Shown: in pieces, positions 18,601 through 28,500 of the stretch
How the letters are laid out: each line of letters begins with the position of its first letter
Position numbering within the stretch: the first letter of the stretch is position 1
Origin: a virus
Direction: 5' to 3' (one strand)
IMG/VR virus record: IMGVR_UViG_3300045988_160931
Span: 46,005 to 110,004 of that record
DNA length: 64,000 nucleotides
The notes under the pieces: generated by a model
The model's input: only the letters and a program-made list of their open reading frames with translations
Told to the model about the DNA's origin: nothing
The model's database searches: none
Position numbers and translations under genes: made by a program

Positions 18601-21289
18601 TTCCATTAGAAATGATTAACCCATTTTGATCGAAAGTCATTGTATTATTTTCGTTTGAAAAATACAATTCATTACCTAAAACGAGTTTACCAACAATGGT
18701 TTCAGCATTTATACCATAAGTAGACTTTAATTCTCCATCGCTATCCGTATAAAAATAATACCCAATTGCTGTTTTTACAGTCTCCCAATTATCGTTTGTA
18801 ATAGCAATAGTGCTATTTACAATTTTCATTTGTTCATCTTCATACTTATCTTCTATACTGTCATATTTACGAAGTAGTATACCATGAGAATCCCATGTTT
18901 GATTTTGATAATCAGAACCACCCATAATCTGTGTAGCTGTTGCATCTAAACCATTTTGTTGCCAGTCTTTTACAACATTATCGCCTTTTTCGCCTTTGCT
19001 TGCTTGATGTTGTGTATATTCATATGACGTTGCCATAGACTGCACAGCAGATATAATTGATTGCTGATCGCTTATCCCATACGAAGAGCGTAAAACATTT
19101 GAAAACTCTACATTTAATGTCTCTAAATTATCATAATCAATCTCATAATCAAGCAAACGAAGTTTGTATATCTTCCCATCAACTTCAACACGTATCCAAT
19201 TCCCGATCGTAAAATCATTCAGTAAAGGCTTAAACTTATCAATTACCAGAAGATTATTTAGAGTAGCAGATATAGAAAACTGTAATTCAGCAGATTGTGA
19301 TATTTCTTTTTTAGCACATTCATAGAATTCTATAGCCTTTTCGAATAATTCTTTGTTGCTCAAACCATCTGAAACGTAATTTTGGTTTGTATATTTGTCA
19401 TCTCTTCTATAACAACAAAATTCAAGCCATAAATCTTCACCAAGGTATTTTTCAAAATCCAAAGCCTCATGTGTTTTTGATATATAAGTATCAATTGCAC
19501 GTTCCATCAATTTAACTGCTGACAGATCATTTTCTTTTTCTTTTAATTCATCCTCTAACGCCATCAATTTATTGTAATAGGGGATATACAAATCATCATA
19601 CAAGTTAGGTTTCTCGCCAGCCCAGGTCTCTTTCGTTCCGACACCTTGTTCAACAAGAATGTCAATTCCTGCCTGACAAGCATCATGAAAATCTGTAAGC
19701 ATATCAATGCTATATTTCTTCATTTCGCCTTTGAATTCTTCTAACTCTAATTTGAATATCCCGGCTATACTTACATTATCTATGTTGTGCTTTGCAAATA
19801 CCTTGTCAACTTTTTGCCGAACATACGTTTCATAATTATCATCAATTTGAATAATCAATTCAGATGTATTTGCGGTATCGTTTTCATCTGAATTATTTGT
19901 AACCTTTAACGTCCCTATCCAATGATTACTGTCATCTATTGACGAATCTATAATTTCTGTTATATATCTGTTATCGATTACACATTTGCAATATCCAAGT
20001 ACAGCAGAATTAGCAGAGCTTAAAGATAACGCTTTAATATTAGACACAGATATTGTACCTATTTTTTCTGTTGTTAATAATTGAACCTGTTCTTCTGCAC
20101 TTGTATCGTCTAAACTAGCGTCTGGCATAAGTTCAGTTTGGATAAATAAGCCTAAATCAATAACATCGTATTTAGTATTTATAATATTAGGGAATCCAAT
20201 AATAGGGGATGATACCTCTGAAAAGCGACTTTTATAAGCATTGTACTTTGAAACAACATTATTATACCCAGATAATGTGTTTACCTTTATATAGTATTCC
20301 TTTTCATTATTGTACTTGTTATATAGTGTATCATAATCATCTATCTTTTGGACTAATTCTTCCGTCATATCTTTCTTCATATCGCCAGTAATATTCCAGA
20401 TATAAGAAGAACCATTTGGATTACAGTTTTTAATTGTTGCAGTCATTAAATCATCGCCAGCCTCTAACTTTAGACAATTTTTTACTGAGTCAACATCTGC
20501 CTTAATACTTATCTGATCTGCTAATTCATCTGAGGTAACAAATACACCTGTATCTTGTCCATAACCAGAGATTATCTGTTTACTGCCACACTTAGGGCAT
20601 ACGTCTGTAAAGTCACCTCTGTATCCGCAATCAATACAATTAGACCACATATCAAAAACAGCGATTTGCCGTCTTATTTTTGCAGTACCACCTTCTTTTG
20701 GGAAAGTGAAAATACACCCAATTTCATCTTCGACTTGTTTCAGAGCATCATAAAGAGAAACATTGTCAAAAGAAAATGTCCTCTGAATATTGCACAGAGT
20801 AGAATCTACATGGATAATAGTATAGTGAGGTGCTTTTTCAAGCATTCTATCAAGCAAAGATACATCTTTATTTGTTTTATTATAAAAAACAGTAGGAGCT
20901 TTATAATCTTCTCTTGCAATATCATCTTCTGTATTGATCTGATAATCGTACAACATAATTTGAGATAATTCGGATTGTGATAATTTTACACCGGAAATGA
21001 TTTTTATTGTATCATCTTCTTCATCTATCTCTACACTTATTTGATAGATGATGTCATACTCAACGCACCAAACTAATTTTAGATCGACAATATCAGCCCA
21101 AATATTGTTTAGTACCCCATTATAATATTTATTCACTCGAAACGAAATTTCACTTGGATTTTGCAGAGATATATGTGCAATTAGACTATTATAGTTTATA
21201 AGCCCAATCTTTTTACCACTTCTTGTCATTAAGACCAGCGTTGGAGATTCTGGATTTCCAGATGAATCAAATTTGATTTTAGCAGCCAT
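15638..21289 (-). CDS. tail-associated (Tal-like) protein fused to a long fibre, with a C-terminal Peptidase_G2-type intramolecular chaperone
   Basis: The N-terminus resembles prophage-tail minor structural proteins and sits directly after Dit. Fibre motifs are AHSHENKSILD, repeated SGKQDK and GLMTAADKKKLDGI. The C-terminus carries DYAEYFEW...GNPSVVGDSYEDQWQGQYLTDIYGE, typical of autocleaving chaperone domains. Confidence 0.85.
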   Translation of the reverse strand: MAAKIKFDSSGNPESPTLVLMTRSGKKIGLINYNSLIAHISLQNPSEISFRVNKYYNGVLNNIWADIVDLKLVWCVEYDIIYQISVEIDEEDDTIKIISGVKLSQSELSQIMLYDYQINTEDDIAREDYKAPTVFYNKTNKDVSLLDRMLEKAPHYTIIHVDSTLCNIQRTFSFDNVSLYDALKQVEDEIGCIFTFPKEGGTAKIRRQIAVFDMWSNCIDCGYRGDFTDVCPKCGSKQIISGYGQDTGVFVTSDELADQISIKADVDSVKNCLKLEAGDDLMTATIKNCNPNGSSYIWNITGDMKKDMTEELVQKIDDYDTLYNKYNNEKEYYIKVNTLSGYNNVVSKYNAYKSRFSEVSSPIIGFPNIINTKYDVIDLGLFIQTELMPDASLDDTSAEEQVQLLTTEKIGTISVSNIKALSLSSANSAVLGYCKCVIDNRYITEIIDSSIDDSNHWIGTLKVTNNSDENDTANTSELIIQIDDNYETYVRQKVDKVFAKHNIDNVSIAGIFKLELEEFKGEMKKYSIDMLTDFHDACQAGIDILVEQGVGTKETWAGEKPNLYDDLYIPYYNKLMALEDELKEKENDLSAVKLMERAIDTYISKTHEALDFEKYLGEDLWLEFCCYRRDDKYTNQNYVSDGLSNKELFEKAIEFYECAKKEISQSAELQFSISATLNNLLVIDKFKPLLNDFTIGNWIRVEVDGKIYKLRLLDYEIDYDNLETLNVEFSNVLRSSYGISDQQSIISAVQSMATSYEYTQHQASKGEKGDNVVKDWQQNGLDATATQIMGGSDYQNQTWDSHGILLRKYDSIEDKYEDEQMKIVNSTIAITNDNWETVKTAIGYYFYTDSDGELKSTYGINAETIVGKLVLGNELYFSNENNTMTFDQNGLIISNGTNTFIVNPEDVNLLKIKNGEEDVFYVDQDGKLHITGDGTYIDVSENEVIEGIKTDILSVQKTAHSHENKSILDKVEQPYTTAERDKLSGLENYVHPAHTAYNKGMYKVAVDDEGHVTEAEAMTKEDIYNAGGVIQSELTFQDYIGDIPLAFMTLFYGGGLRNIAEIGFDRRDDDGKRNFSLKLGGWQDKSTGRLDLVDYIGCQYTITPDPNNSYGTQHYYYVLPAGKSGTIALTSDIPDISGKQDKLTAGTNISISGNTISAKDTTYTSKAAVSGGTDVSLVTTGEKALWNAKTSNIGTITGIKMNGASKGTSGVVDLGTVITAHQDISGKQDKSTAVTHSANTAVGSATKPVYVAANGVATPISHSVNSDVPANAKFTDTTYGDATQSAHGLMTAADKKKLDGIAAGATKVAVDSALSATSTNPVQNKAVKAELDSKSASGHTHAMITNSALLVNGANNTAKWVKLGTLVSSGNFSNAMIRVWSGDGANGRANQNSSFEVQIKDGWQSTESATKACAVTVYRINCSSVKVKVIPTAHDTYTVWVYLPWTYWNGNYAVYGKYKSWTPQPLIQSDEPEGTGADTAYYDQAFLTSNVASATKLNTARTLTIGNTGKSFNGAANVSWSLDEIGVLGRTTAGKSYTFNNETVTGSSKDYIFHDIDNNQAGGGDWQFVIGSQNKAFNGNCIFVSGWRNTVQGNQCAAMGQDNIVAGIANIALGSGNQVTADAQGGLSLGNYNTCKANASLSGGWYTEVQKSSNQSIGYGNHITVATASCAAFGAYNGYSFSGPYLSLGNGTESARANAFRAAAAGVYSSGSYHSSGADYAEYFEWMDGNPDGEDRRGRFVKLDGEKILLAKSIDDDILGIVSGNPSVVGDSYEDQWQGQYLTDIYGELLTEDYTDEDGTTRKVWVLNPDYDPDKQYVPRSERQEWSAVGMMGKLIVIDDGTCRPNDYCIPTTGGIATRSDGRVGYRVLSRIDDTHIKVLIRG

Positions 21290-21309
21290 TTACAGCACCT
21301 CTTTTCATT

Positions 21310-22119
21310 TTATATAAAAACTTTTGCGATAGGGATGTAGGTTAATTCTATCTCCCCATTTGTTGCATTTATAATATTCTTACGATTGTTTAATGTATTA
21401 GCAATTCTTAAAAACACCCAATTAAAATCTTTGTTTATATCATGAGCCGGGATAGAAGAAGAGATTATGGGATATTCTACTGTAATAATTTCACCCTCTC
21501 TACAATTTTCTATTTTCATTACTCTATCTGGTTCAATCGAATTTGATATTAAATATATGCCGTCATCTCCAACTGAACCTACTGTAATTTTCATTGATGG
21601 ATAGACATATCCTATTTCATCAGATTCATCGTAAATAGGAGTTAAAATATTAGAACTACCATTTGCTTTTAGAATATACTTTCTCTCATTTAATAACCCA
21701 AACGGTCTATCTGTTGTAAGAGTAAGATCGAGACCATATAATTTATTGTCTAATTCGACCTTTTCTATATTAAAGCTGCCATAAAAATAGATGTCAGCAT
21801 ATTCATTATTAAGCACTCTAAATTTGTAAAATCTCTTACGATTAAGCCATCTCATCATTTTTCTAAATTCAGAAAGGCTAATTTCAAGTGAATCTCTATA
21901 CGAACAAACGTTTTTTACAATTGTAAATTTTGTTTGTAAACACGAATCATAAGTAGCACTTGTTAATTCGTATTTGTATCCATTCATTGTTTTTATTGTA
22001 TTGAACGTAAGTTCACTCCCAGCAGATTCTGTTTTAAGCCCATCATCTTTGAAACAACCAACCATAAATCCCATATCGCTCAATCGTATTCCGTCATATT
22101 CAAAATCATAAACTATCAT
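21310..22119 (-). CDS. distal tail protein (Dit-like)
   Basis: 269 aa in the conserved slot between the tape measure and Tal; the call rests on synteny. Confidence 0.55.
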   Translation of the reverse strand: MIVYDFEYDGIRLSDMGFMVGCFKDDGLKTESAGSELTFNTIKTMNGYKYELTSATYDSCLQTKFTIVKNVCSYRDSLEISLSEFRKMMRWLNRKRFYKFRVLNNEYADIYFYGSFNIEKVELDNKLYGLDLTLTTDRPFGLLNERKYILKANGSSNILTPIYDESDEIGYVYPSMKITVGSVGDDGIYLISNSIEPDRVMKIENCREGEIITVEYPIISSSIPAHDINKDFNWVFLRIANTLNNRKNIINATNGEIELTYIPIAKVFI

Positions 22120-22475
22120 AAGGCAGTTTTATCCTTTCGAATGCACTTTAATAGAGCTTTTTTCGTTCTTAAAATGATAATTTTATAAATCGGCATCTTA
22201 AACCCTTCTTCTGTAAATCCACGCTTTTTCAAAACAGTTTTTAGACTAGATAACTCATTGATTAGTTTTCTATACTCATCTCTTTGATTTTTAAGTTCGA
22301 CAATACAATTATCAAATTCGATAACTTTCTTTTTGAACTCTATAGCAGTATCATTTTCAAAACTAGATTTGTATTTATCTTTTAATTCAGTATTTTCTTT
22401 CTTGATTTCATTTAATTCTTCAAGAAGTTCGCTATTTCTTTTTCTTAAAATCTCTATTTTTTTAGAATTTGTCAT
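22116..22475 (-). CDS. small coiled-coil protein
   Basis: 119 aa rich in Lys/Glu heptads. Its stop overlaps the start of the next gene. Confidence 0.45.
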   Translation of the reverse strand: MTNSKKIEILRKRNSELLEELNEIKKENTELKDKYKSSFENDTAIEFKKKVIEFDNCIVELKNQRDEYRKLINELSSLKTVLKKRGFTEEGFKMPIYKIIILRTKKALLKCIRKDKTAL

Positions 22476-22548
22476 TGTTCATTCCTCCTTATATAATTAA
22501 AAATATGTATTACATTTTAATCACCACCCATTTACACCATGATGTTTA

Positions 22549-25500
22549 TTACTTTCTCTTATACTTTGCCAACGAACTACCTCCAAATAATCTGTCAGTA
22601 GTCATCGCCATAATCATCTTTTCGAAATTTTTATCATGTTGCAACTCGGTCTTAAATTCTTCGTAATTAGAAACATTTGGGAGAGTAACATTAAAATCGA
22701 CACCGCCATTTATAACATTCTTTACCTGTTTTGTGTTAGCATCACCATATGTGTTTATCGCATTCAAAAAGCCATCTTCTATAATATTCTGGATATTATT
22801 GAGACTAAATGCCCCAATAGAAGAATCAGCTAAACTAGAAATGCCACTATCATTTCCCAAAGGAATTAAGATTTCGCCATTAAGTAGTTTTATATCATTA
22901 TTCCCAACAGAAGTACTACTCTTATTTAATAAGTTACTTGATGTGCTTGATGTGCTTGTTCCAGACTGTTTATTTTCTTTTACATCACTGACAATATCCG
23001 ATAAAGAACCAATAATTTTTTCTCTTTCTGAATCACTTAAATCGCTTAAAAGGATAGGGATGTAATTAAGGAGATCATTATTAAAATCCTTTCCTGTTTT
23101 TCCAGGGAATGCTTTAAGCCATTCTTCTCTTTGAGAAATCATTTTCTGATATCCAGTAATTAAATTCAACATTGCGGCAACAGACGTTCCCCATTGACCA
23201 GTTTTAGAATTAAAGATAGAATCTTTTTTATTATCCCCATACTCATAGTAGGAAAATGTTTTATCTTCCTTGTATTTCCCCCCATCGATTACACGATCAT
23301 TGAAGATACCGTTAAACCATGAAGAAATATTATAACCAAATTTCTCGCTCTCTGCTTTTATAGTGTCACTAATAATTTGAGTGTTATTATTAGCGTTCTC
23401 TATCATATCAAGCATTAAGTTATCGATATTATCCAATCTGGCATTTAATATATCTTCGTATTCATTATAAATTTCATCAAGTAAGTCTTTTTGATCTGAA
23501 ATGTATCTATCATACTCAGTGTCCTTTAAGTCTTGTTTTGCCTCTTCTAAAGAGACTTTTAATTTTTGAATTGTTGCTTTTGTCTCTTCCGAATTGTCAC
23601 CTTGGTATGCCATCAATTGCTTTTCAAGAGTCGAAATTTCAGAAGTATGAGAAGAAATCTTTTGCTGATAATCATATAAATCTTTTTGACTGTCAAGAGC
23701 ATCTTCATACTTATCAATTAAATCTTGTAAATAATCAAGTTCTAATTGGATTCCTTCTTTCACCATGTCAACAATCGCTTGTTTTTCATCCTGGGCGGCT
23801 AAAATAGACTCTTGCTGTAATTCAATCAATTCTTTTCGTCTATCGATTAAATCTTTGTTAGAACCATCTTTCTCGATTTGTTTATCAAGTTCTTTAATCT
23901 CATTTGCATATTTTTGCGCAGAGCCATAATATATGTCATAATTTGCAACGTGTAGTCCCATCGTTGTATCGCCATAATTAGTTAACTGACCTCTATCATC
24001 ATAAAGCTTTTTATCTTTCATTAAATTGATAAGGTAATCTGATTCGTCTGATAGATCACTAATTGTATTATGGATTAAGTCATTCGTATCCCATTTTAAC
24101 TGCCGAATATTCTTGATATATTCCAAAGTAGATTCATTAGACTTATCAATAGCAGCATTTACTTCATCAATGCTTTGCCGCATTTGGAACCAGGCTTCAC
24201 TATATTTTTGTATTTTCCCACTGTCCATAGCTTCATCAAAAGCGGCTTGCATTTCACTTCTTTGGGCTTTCAGCAATGTTAGATTCGATTGTTCTTCTCC
24301 CATCAATCTTTCATAATACGATGCAGAAACAATATATCCTTTCGACTGCTCTTGTGAAATTAAAGATTGGATATGATTTTTTAGAGATTCTACATGGCTT
24401 GTGTAATAGTCAAACTCAGAAGAGATATTATCGAATGAATTTTTATACAACTCCGCCTCTTTCTCTTTTAAGTCTGCAATTGCATCTCTGCACTCTATAG
24501 CTTTCTCGTACCAGTTTTGATAATCTTTGATCTTATTGCTTAAATCTTCATTTGTAATGGTTTCAATATCAATTTTACCTTCACGAACTTTTCTAGCCCA
24601 ATCACCAGATAAACCAACAGAATTTGCCTGTTTCATATATCTTTCGTATCCAGCTTGTTGAATACCAATTTCGTCAGAGACCAATCCCAATTCTCTTTTA
24701 ATATCTGCATTACGATAGCCCCATCTACGATATACATTGCCAATTTGATTATCCAGAGCTGATATTGCAGATTGGATTCTTTTTATCATAATTTCAATCC
24801 AGTCAAGAGTTTCTTCGAATTTATCTTCTTCTTGTTCAGCCTCTTTTGTAGAATCATTTGAAGAATTTGAACTGCTAGATTTTCCAGAAGAACTTGATTT
24901 TTCAGAGGAATTAGATTCTTTTTTTGCGCTTGACTTTGATTTTACTTTTCTACTAAATCCACCAGAACCATTTGAGAAAGCTGTTCCCTCTGCATAAGCA
25001 GAGCCACGTTTGTTGCCAGATGTAATTTTTCCATACTTTAACAAGTTTTCTGTCTGATCGGCATTAAAGATGATATCACCACGCTGATACTTAAAAAATT
25101 CAGCACCATTTTCACCAATTGTCTGCCAATGACCACCATGAACTACAATTTCCTCACCTAATTCTCCGCCCAGAGCAACACCAGAATCTTTCGTTCCCCA
25201 ATTGCCATGTGCATATGCTGTCCCATTTACATGAGCTTTGCCACTTTTAGCAGTAGTTGTGGTAGTACCAGAAGGAACACTACCAACAATCTCGGTGTTA
25301 TAATAAATCGTCCTTTGGATATCAGTAATGTTTGCGTTTGCTCTATAAACAGCAGTTAAATCCGGAGAATATCTTACTTTTGCATTCTTATCTTCTGGAT
25401 TATACGCATCTACTTCAGATGAGTCTACATTAAATTTGGTTACGCCATCTTTTTCAGCAGTTGTAGAAGTATATCCTTTTACAGCACTTTCATCTACACC

Positions 25501-28500
25501 AACACTAATTAACTGCTCTTTAGAAATCGAATTGATTGTCTGCTGTACAGTAGCAATATCATTTGGATTTACTTCAGCACCCACATCAAGCTTTGTGTTT
25601 TGAATGTTTGCTAAAGCTTGTTGGAAATCAGCATCATCAAGTCCTAATTTTGCTTTCATCTCCGTAGGCATAGTTTGCAGCATAGGAATTATACTTTGTA
25701 TTTTGCTTTCTAATCCACTAGTATCTATACCCAAGGAAACATTTAACTCGTAATCATTACTATCTTGTAACAACATTCTCAAATTTGTCATTTGAGTTGA
25801 AAGACTTAAATCATTTAATTGACTTGTATCAATCGCCATAACAACAGGATTTGCTAGTTCCTGCTTGCGAGTAATTAGGGCAGACAGAACAGTTTCAGCT
25901 TCTTTTGCGCCGTCAGCATTGATGTTTATAGTGCCATCATCATTTTTGAAAGAATCAAATACACTTTGTGCTTCTTTGATCTGTTCATTTACATTATCAA
26001 TATCTGTTGTATTTATATCAAAGGTTACACTGGTTTTCCCAAGGGATTTTAGCTTTTCATTTGCACTTTCTAATAAACTTACAGAAGTATTAAGAGAATC
26101 AAGATTGATGTCAAACCCATATGCCGACAATGCCCTCATCAAGATTTGAACTTGTTGAGTAGAAATCTGTAAATTATCCATCTCAGTAAGCATATTAGCG
26201 ACTTCTTCATCGCCGCCAATACCAAAATCAATGTGATAATTACCATCTTTATCAATGTTTACCCAGTTCTTTCCGAGTTCATCACTAATAGCCTTTACAT
26301 CATTTACGAAATTTTCTAAGCCGCTTCTGTCATCTGTAAAGAAACGCTGTATTGTAGAAGTGCCTTTTTCGTACATTGCTTCTAAGTCAGCTATAGATGC
26401 AGTTGCCATATCAGCATTTGTCATCATTTGAACCCAAGAACGGAAATCGTCTGTGCCAACACGACCTAAGTCATATTGTTCCTGCATATTCTCAATCCCA
26501 TTAGAGATTTTAGAGAACATATCATCCTCGTCTGTTGTGGATTGTGCATTTAACCATTCATTATAAGAAGATGTAAGCCCATCATATTCAGCAGCCAACT
26601 GTGAAACGGAATCAATCTGTTCACTCAGTTCCTGTAATTGCTTAGAGTACTCAATTGTTTTTGAAGTATCCGTGCAATTTTTCATTGCTTTATACAATCT
26701 AGCATACTCTTCAGACATACTTTCGATCTGGCTAGTTAAATCAGTTTTCTTCTGAGTTTTATATTCAGATTCAAGTTCTCTTAAAGCAGATACATTCAAA
26801 TGGATACCATTTACAGTTCTCTCAAAAAGTTTATTTGGATTATAACCATCGAGACTTCTATATCTAGCTTGTATCTTTTTGATAGAATCTTCACTTAAAC
26901 CAGTAGCAGTTACAGATTCATTGACAGCAGTTTTATAATTTTCTATCCCTTGTGTTTCTTTTGATATGTCAAATGGTGTATCATTGATAGCTTGAATAGC
27001 CTTTTGTAGTTCAAGCATTGCTTGTCCAGCAACAGTAGATTCCCCACCTAATTCTTCTATTTGACTTTGGAAACTATCATCTAACCCAGATTTTATATCG
27101 TCAATAAGATTTTCAAGGCTGTCTCGTAAAGCATCTGTATCATTGATATATGGGGCTAATTGCGGATAATTCATAGCCAGGTTAGCTAGATCGGAGTCAG
27201 ATAATTCTCCTAAATCTAATTTATCTAAGCTATCTTGTAGAGAAGTAATTGAATCTATACTATTTTCAATCTGACTTCTGAAATTACCATCATCAGAATT
27301 GCTCATAACATCATAGAACTTAGAAAGAGATTCCGATGTAGTTTCACCAGTTTCTTTTAAGCGATTCAGCTCTTCTTCCCATTTTGTCAAATCCCATAAA
27401 GAAGTATCATCAGTTTCTGCACTAATTTTGTAAACAAGCTGTTTGTCCCCAGCAGATAAAGAATCAAACCAACTTAAAGAAGAATCTCCTTGTTCTTTGA
27501 AACTATCTCTTAATGCTTTTATTTGCGTATCTGTTGCTTTAGTAACTTTGTTAAAATCATTTGCGATATTTGTAGCAAATTTATCCCCAAATTCACTTGA
27601 TGCTATTACCCGAAGCTGATTCTGTAATGCTTCCATGCCATTTGCCGAACTATTGATATAGTTAAGCATTTTCTCATAATCTTCTTTTGTAGTAGGAATA
27701 CCATTTTCGGACTCAAATTCAATTTTCTTTTGATTATATAAAGCTTTTGTATATGATTCAACATCATTTTTTAATCTTGTTATTTCTTCATCGATTTCTT
27801 TATATTCATCAGACTCGATTTCGCCTTTTTTAGTCAACTCATCTTTTGCTTCTATTAAAGAATAATAATAATCTGCAATTTTTGTCGCACTTTTTTTGCC
27901 ACTTATATCTAAAGTATAAATACTCATTCCATTTGGAGAATTTTGAGTTGTCCCCATGTATTTTTTACCAACATAAAGATTTTTAATAATATCAGTAGAT
28001 TTATCTTGATTCGCAATTGATGATAATTGAATACCTTCTTGTGGGTTAAAAAAAGTGCCGTCAAAAGTATCTTTTAATGTGTCTTTTGCAGATTTTGTTG
28101 CTTGTTCCAATTTAACTAATGATTCTTTTAATGTAGCTTTAGTGCTATTTTCTATACTTTTTGTATATTCATCAGCACTACTTTTCGCATTATCAAATGC
28201 AGAAACTTGTAACCCAAGAGCAGAATTTGTGGAGTTTATTGTATTTTCAAGAGTTTTGTTAGCTTCACTTGCTTGCTTAGTCCCAGCATATTTTTGTGCA
28301 GCAATATATGAATCTTCTAATTGCTTTACATTTTCAGAAGTTGTTTTCCCAAATTCAATAGCACTTTCTCTTGCATCTTTTTCTGCTTGTGTCTTTTTCT
28401 GAATTGCACTAATAAAACCATTTATTGCATAACTTATACCAGCCATTAAAATAGCATTTAGTGCCGCTGTTGCAACATTAAGTGCAATTGTACCAGCTTT

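Noticed and set aside
12808-21289. Diversity-generating retroelement or shufflon acting on the fibre genes
   Set aside because: The window has no reverse transcriptase. I saw no template/variable repeat pair, and no inverted alternative C-terminal cassettes or flanking inverted repeats. The embedded recombinase is reported separately without this claim.
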